NCBI GenBank assembly: GCA_002269645.1
Contig: NIVC01001049.1
Span: forward strand, 248,001-312,000
Length of the DNA stretch: 64,000 nucleotides
Direction of reading: 5' to 3'
DNA from: Macrostomum lignano
Taxonomy: Eukaryota
Shown here: one piece after another, positions 58,669 to 64,000 of the stretch
Position numbering within the stretch: the stretch's first letter is position 1
Layout: the number at the start of each line of letters is the position of its first letter
Position numbers and translations under genes: made by a program
Notes under the pieces: generated by a model
What the model saw: the letters and a program-made list of their open reading frames with translations, nothing else
The model's database searches: none
What the model was told of the DNA's origin: nothing

Positions 58669-60721
58669 TGAAGGACTATTAATTTCTTACCGTAGTATAA
58701 TTTCTTTCCATTGTCGTCGACCAGCAGGTTGTCAACTGTGACGGCTGGGTCCACGAGCTGATCTAGATGGACGGCGAGATGCTGCGTGATCTGCTGCTTT
58801 AGTTCTTTTGTAATGGCGTCAATCAAACGCGGTTGCGCCATTTTCGAGCGTCTGAGCAGATCATGCCGCAAGTTGGGAGTGAAAACCTGCCGGTCATCTG
58901 CCAAAATCGAAGCTACTGACGTCGCAGCCTCAGTGCAAGTTGCACCGGGTGTGCGTCAAACAGTTTTGTTAGGTAATTAGCAATGAAAAAGGTTATTTGA
59001 GCCAAGTGTGCCAAGAAGGACAAAGACATATAACTGTGCCAAATGTCATAGCTGTGGCACAACTGGTACAATTGTAGCAAGCGTGCCAAGTGTGCCAGTC
59101 TGTTTTAATAACCAATTAGCTATAAAAAGGATATTCGTGCCAAGTGTGCCAAGAAGGACAGTCCAAGACAGTTATATAACTGTGTCAAATAGTATAGCTG
59201 TGGCACAACTGGTACACTTGTAGTAAGTGCGCCAAGTGTGCCAAATGGTTTCCAAGAGGAATTAGCTATAAAAAGGTTATTTGTGCCAGGTGTGCCAAAT
59301 AGGACATACAAAGACATTTATAACTGTGCTAAATGGTATAGCTGTGGCACAACTGGCACAATTGTAGCAAGTGTGCCAAGTGTGCCAATTGGTTTCATTG
59401 GCCAATTAGCAGTAAAAATACTATTTGTGTCAAGTGTGCCAAATAGGACATACATCGACATTTACAAACTGTGCCAAATGGCATAGCTACGGCACAATTG
59501 GTACAATTGTATCAAGTGTGCCAAATATGACATACAAAGACATTTATAACTCTGTCAAAGGGCATATTTGTGGCACAACTGGCACACTTACTGTTTTTGA
59601 AAGGACAAATATTTTCGGTCGGGGAAGGACTATTAATTTCTTACCGTAGTATAATTTCTTTCCATTGTCGTCGACCAGCATGTTGTCAACTGTGACGGCT
59701 GGGTCCACGAGCTGATCTAGATGGACGGCGAGATGCTGCGTGATCTGCTGCTTTAGTTCTTTTGTAATGGCGTCAATCAAACGCGGTTGCGCCATTTTCG
59801 AGCGTCTGAGCAGATCATGCCGCAAGTTGGGAGTGAAAACCTGCCGGTCATCTGCCAAAATCGAAGCTACTGACGTCGCAGCCTCAGTGCAAGTTGCACC
59901 GGGTGTGCGTCAAACAGTTTTGTTAGGTAATTAGCAATAAAAAAGGTTATTTGAGCCAAGTGTGCCAAGAAGGACAAAGACATATAACTGTGCCAAATGT
60001 CATAGCTGTGGCACAACTGGTACAATTGTAGCAAGTGTGCCAAGTGTGCCAGTCTGTTTTAATAACCAATTAGCTATAAAAAGGATATTCGTGCCAAGTG
60101 TGCCAAGAAGGACAGTCCAAGACAGTTATATAACTGTGTCAAATAGTATAGCTGTGGCACAACTGGTACACTTGTAGTAAGTGCGCCAAGTGTGCCAAAT
60201 GGTTTCCAAGGGCAATTAGCTATAAAAAGGTTATTTGTGCCAGGTGTGCCAAATGGGACATACAAAGACATTTATAACTGTGCTAAATGGTATAGCTGTG
60301 GCACAACTGGTACACTTGTAGTAAGTGCGCCAAGTGTGCCAAATGGTTTCCAAGGGCAATTAGCTATAAAAAGGTTATTTGTGCCAGGTGTGCCAAATGG
60401 GACATACAAAGACATTTATAACTGTGCTAAATGGTATAGCTGTGGCACAACTGGCACAATTGTAGCAAGTGTGCCAAGTGTACCAATTGGTTTCATTGGC
60501 CAATTAGCAGTAAAAATACTATTTGTGTCAAGTGTGCCAAATAGGACATACATCGACATTTACAAACTGTGCCAAATGGCATAGCTATGGCACAATTGGT
60601 ACAATTGTATCAAGTGTGCCAAATATGACATACAAAGACATTTATAACTCTGTCAAAGGGCATATTTGTGGCACAACTGGCACACTTACTGTTTTTGAAA
60701 GGAAAAATATTTTCGGTCGGG
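58669..60721. repeat. Tandem duplication (about 0.95-1.1 kb units) of the CACTA right-hand region, including an internal copy of the right TIR at about 59605-59622
   Basis: gaaggactattaatttcttaccg... begins at about 58669 and 59626; identical ORFs in the track (58662/59544, 58786/59740, 59008/59962). Confidence 0.92.
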
Positions 60722-63700
60722 AGAAAATACAGGGGTGCGAAGTAGGTGACCTCTCATCAGCTCAGAGGGCGATTTTCCGGTCGTAGAATGTTTCGCGTTC
60801 CGGTATTGAAGCAGAAACCGGACTTCTTCGTCTCCTTCAGCGGCTCGGACGTGATTTTTTAAATCTCTCACAAAGCGCTCGGCCAGTCCATTTGACCTTG
60901 GATGATACGGTGGTGTGAGAACATGTGGGCAGTTGATTCCTTTTAACCAACCTTGCATTTCTTTCGATACAAATTGAGGTCCATTGTCGGAAACAATAGT
61001 CACGGGCACGCCTTCTTGGGCGAACGTTCTTCGCAGTCGCTTGATTGTCTCAGATGAAGTGGTTCCCTTAGTCACGTGAACTTCAGCCCATTTACTGAAC
61101 GCATCAATCAGTACCAACATGTAGTTTCCTCCCTTCATAGGCCCTGCGTAGTCCATGTGAACTCTTGACCAGCAAGAATAACTTCCGGAGCTCTGAATCC
61201 TCTTTCGATTGTCTTCTCAAACGCTCCTTGTTGATTGGAAAATCTAGTAGGCAGTCCTGCACTGAGCTAATGTCAAACTGCTCCCCTTCAGACGTGCTGT
61301 TCTGCAGTCTTGACAGGGCATCGGCCACGGGAATCTCAGCAGATCTCTTGCACTCAATGGCGTATTCGTAGCTCATCAAAGTGATTGCCCAGCGTTGCAC
61401 TCTCGCTGCAGCAACAGTTGACAAGGATCTGCAAGGATCAAAGATGAACTTTAACGGTTGGTGGTCTGTGCGAATGACGAACTTGTGTCCCAGCAAATAC
61501 TTGTGTAAGCGCTTCACAGCCCATACAATGGCGAGGGCCTCGCGTTAAATTTGAGCATAGTTGCGCTCTGCTTGAGTTAGAGTCTGAAATGAATATTACG
61601 GGCCCGGACGACTACTCGAGGACTGCACCAAGTCCCGATGGTGACGCGTCAGTAGTGAGAACGATCTTATCTGAGGGATCAAAAGGCTTGAGAGCGACTG
61701 CATTGTGTAGTTCGTCCTTGATGCTCTGAAAGGCTCTCTGCTTGATTGGGCCCCATGCCCACTTCGTTCCTGACCTGGTCAGTTTCGTTAGAGGTTCTTT
61801 CAGGCTCGCGAGATTCTTGATACACCGTCCGTAGAAATCGACCATCCCGATAAATGACTGCAGCTGCTTGAGATTCTTTGGCTCTTCTAATCCTGCAATC
61901 TCCTTGGCTTTCTTTGGTGGTGGACGAATGCCGTTTTCACTGATCTCATATCCCAGGAACATGATAGATGGCTTGTTAAAAGTCATTTTTCCTCGTTAAT
62001 GCTTAGTCCACTCTCCTTTAAAATTCGAAGCACATTTGACAGTTGGTTGTCATGACTCTGTTGGTTGAAACCCCACACAAGAATGTCGTCATCTTGGTAG
62101 GAAATGACACCTTCTATGTTTATAAGCAACCTGTCCATGAATGACTGAAAAATTGCTGGTGCTTGCTTTACTCCATATGCCAATGCAGTGGGCCTGTATA
62201 AGCCGAACGGAGTGCTCCACGTCAGCATCACGCTGCTGTCTTCATCCACCGGTACTTGGAGGTACGCATTTGATAGGTCCAACGTAGAGAATCGGCGGGC
62301 ACGGCCTAGTTTTGACAGAACTTCGTCAATTGTGGGCGTTGTTGACACCATGTCTTTCAGCAGTAGGTTGAGGGTAACTTTGTAGTCACGACAAATCCGA
62401 ACCTTTCCAGACTGCTTTCAAACACAGACATTGGGTGTAGCCCACTCGCTGGATTCCACCTTCTAGAGCTGTCCAGCCTCTTCCATTCTCTTCAACTCGG
62501 CCTTGACATCGTCCTGAATCCCGTATGGAATTTGCCGAGGTTTAAAAAAATGGGCTTTGCTCCCGCCTCAATGACCAATGATACAGAAAATCTTTTTACA
62601 GAGCACGCCGTTGTAGGATTCGAGCCGTCTTCCTCAGGCACCGTACATTTTGTAATAAAAGTGTAGAGGTCTGGCTCAAGGGCAGCAATCCAATCTAGGC
62701 CATAGATAGATTCGGCTTTTGGGTTGTCCACCACAAACAGAGTTAGGTCGTAACTTACTGAGTTTAGCTTGGCGTTCACAATAGCTTCGCCTTTCACTAG
62801 CACTGGATCCCCTTGATACGCAGCGAATCGTCTGCTTGTGGGCCTTACATTTGCTGGTTCGAGTAGGCTTTGAAACACCGAGCTTGACACGAACGTTGAG
62901 CACGACCCGGTGTCCAGTAGCATCTTGATTTTCGTACCATTGACTACTACATGTCGCGTTATCCTTCTGCTTCCACGACCATCTTCCGGCGTCATCATCG
63001 AGAAAATGTGCCCGACTTGATCAGCTGCATCGTCGATTGCTCTGACTCTGCTCCTTGGATGCCGTCCGCCTCCTTGTGACCATTTGTTGCTCGTTGAAGG
63101 CCGTTGTCCACCTTTGTTCGGTCCGCACCTGCAAACTGCTTTGAGATGACCAACCTTACCACACTGAAGGCATGTCTTAGTCCGGTGGTGGCACTGGTCC
63201 TTTGTATGTCCTTCCTTGCCGCAGCAGAAGCACTTGACTTGGCGCAATTGGCCGTTCTTCTGGTCGCTTTTCTGGTACGCTGGCTTCTGGGCTTTCGATG
63301 TCGAAGGAGGATCTGTCTTGACATGTAGAATTTCGCCTCCTGAGATTTGTCTCTCGCCGCGACTTACGGCCTCGCATGCATTGGCCACCGTAGTTACTTT
63401 TTCCCACGTCAGATCTTTCAGTTTCTCCGTGAGCAACTTTCTGACGATCTCCTTGTTCGACAGTCCGAAGATAAATTGGTCCCGCAGGCGGCCATTCAGT
63501 TCGGCGGTTGAAAAGCCGCAGTTCTCCGAACCCAGTCGCAGCCTTCTTGCGTAGGCAGAAACGTCTTCGCCGTCGTCCTGCTTGAGGTGATGGAACGCGT
63601 ACCGGTATGCAATCTCGGATTTCGCCGCTTTCGTCTCCTTGATCAGCTGAGTTTTCAGATCAGCGTAGGTCTTGGCGTCAGGCTTATCTGGCAATAGCGC

Positions 63701-64000
63701 ATCCGCCAACAGTGCGAAGGCCTTCTTGCCGAGGTGTGCGATGAGGGCGAACTTCTGAGCGGTGTCATCCCACTTGTTCAGCTTGGAAACTGCTTCGAAG
63801 CGTTGGAACCAGCGCTCAATTTCCGCTGGGGTTTCTGTCTCCAGAGGCTCGATAAGACCAGCCGTCGTCGCCAGTGTTCGTTTTTTGGGACGAGTAAGAA
63901 AATTGATCGAGTCTCAGCCTTTAGCTTAACTCTGCAGACACTTGGTCTTTTCAATTATATTTTGGCAACTCTTTAAGCCACCGAATTGAACTGTACAAAT

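Larger units (their letters stand above)
56983..60721. mobile_element. CACTA/EnSpm-like (CCC-ended) non-autonomous DNA transposon nested in the Gypsy integrase tail
   Basis: TIR CCCGACCG(G/A)AAAT at both ends; 2-bp TSD AG at 56981-56982 and 60722-60723. Removal restores the frame ...PVFSLAREPV*VKTYNN. Dense subterminal tgtgcca repeats at both ends. Confidence 0.8.
56447..64000 (-). mobile_element. Decayed Ty3/Gypsy LTR retrotransposon in a P5CS intron; 5' LTR runs off the window
   Basis: 3' LTR 56447-56662 (216 bp, PPT gggaaggag). 63875-64000 matches its end with one mismatch; PBS TGGCGACGA. gag-PR ORF 62492-63874 (CCHC knuckles, LDTGS), RT YQDD, RH, IN core (VHMDYAGP, VSDNGPQF, NGLAER). Stops, frameshifts and a deleted IN zinc-binding region. 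Confidence 0.92.

Overview
Eukaryotic (metazoan) genomic DNA with GC-rich exons, AT-rich spacers and minisatellite-filled introns. The style resembles a flatworm such as Macrostomum, but that is inference only. Host genes: (1) a 4-exon secreted PAN-like + ALK/LTK-type glycine-rich protein (1715-3239); (2) seven TRAF-like RING/zinc-finger paralogs spread over 19.3-50.6 kb, none with a MATH domain. One splices in frame into WD40-like exons (TRAF7-like architecture) and is interrupted by a young intact Gypsy element; one is an inverted 5' fragment; one is frameshifted; (3) two paralogous ORFs with tandem repeats resembling the cyanobacterial mannan-binding lectin MVL, each directly upstream of a TRAF-like copy; (4) an intronless divergent DEG/ENaC channel; (5) the seven 3' exons of P5CS/ALDH18A1. 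Mobile DNA: three Ty3/Gypsy LTR elements (one Gmr1-type with a nested Harbinger, one intact, one decayed with a nested CACTA-like element carrying a BEN-like remnant), a Harbinger-derived MITE, tRNA-derived SINEs including a CORE-SINE, and Penelope, RTE and mariner fragments. The best candidate for an undescribed system is the interleaved MVL-like lectin / MATH-less TRAF cluster, whose TRAF exons appear homogenised while introns and lectin partners have diverged. All alignments and splice phases were checked by eye; no database search was run.
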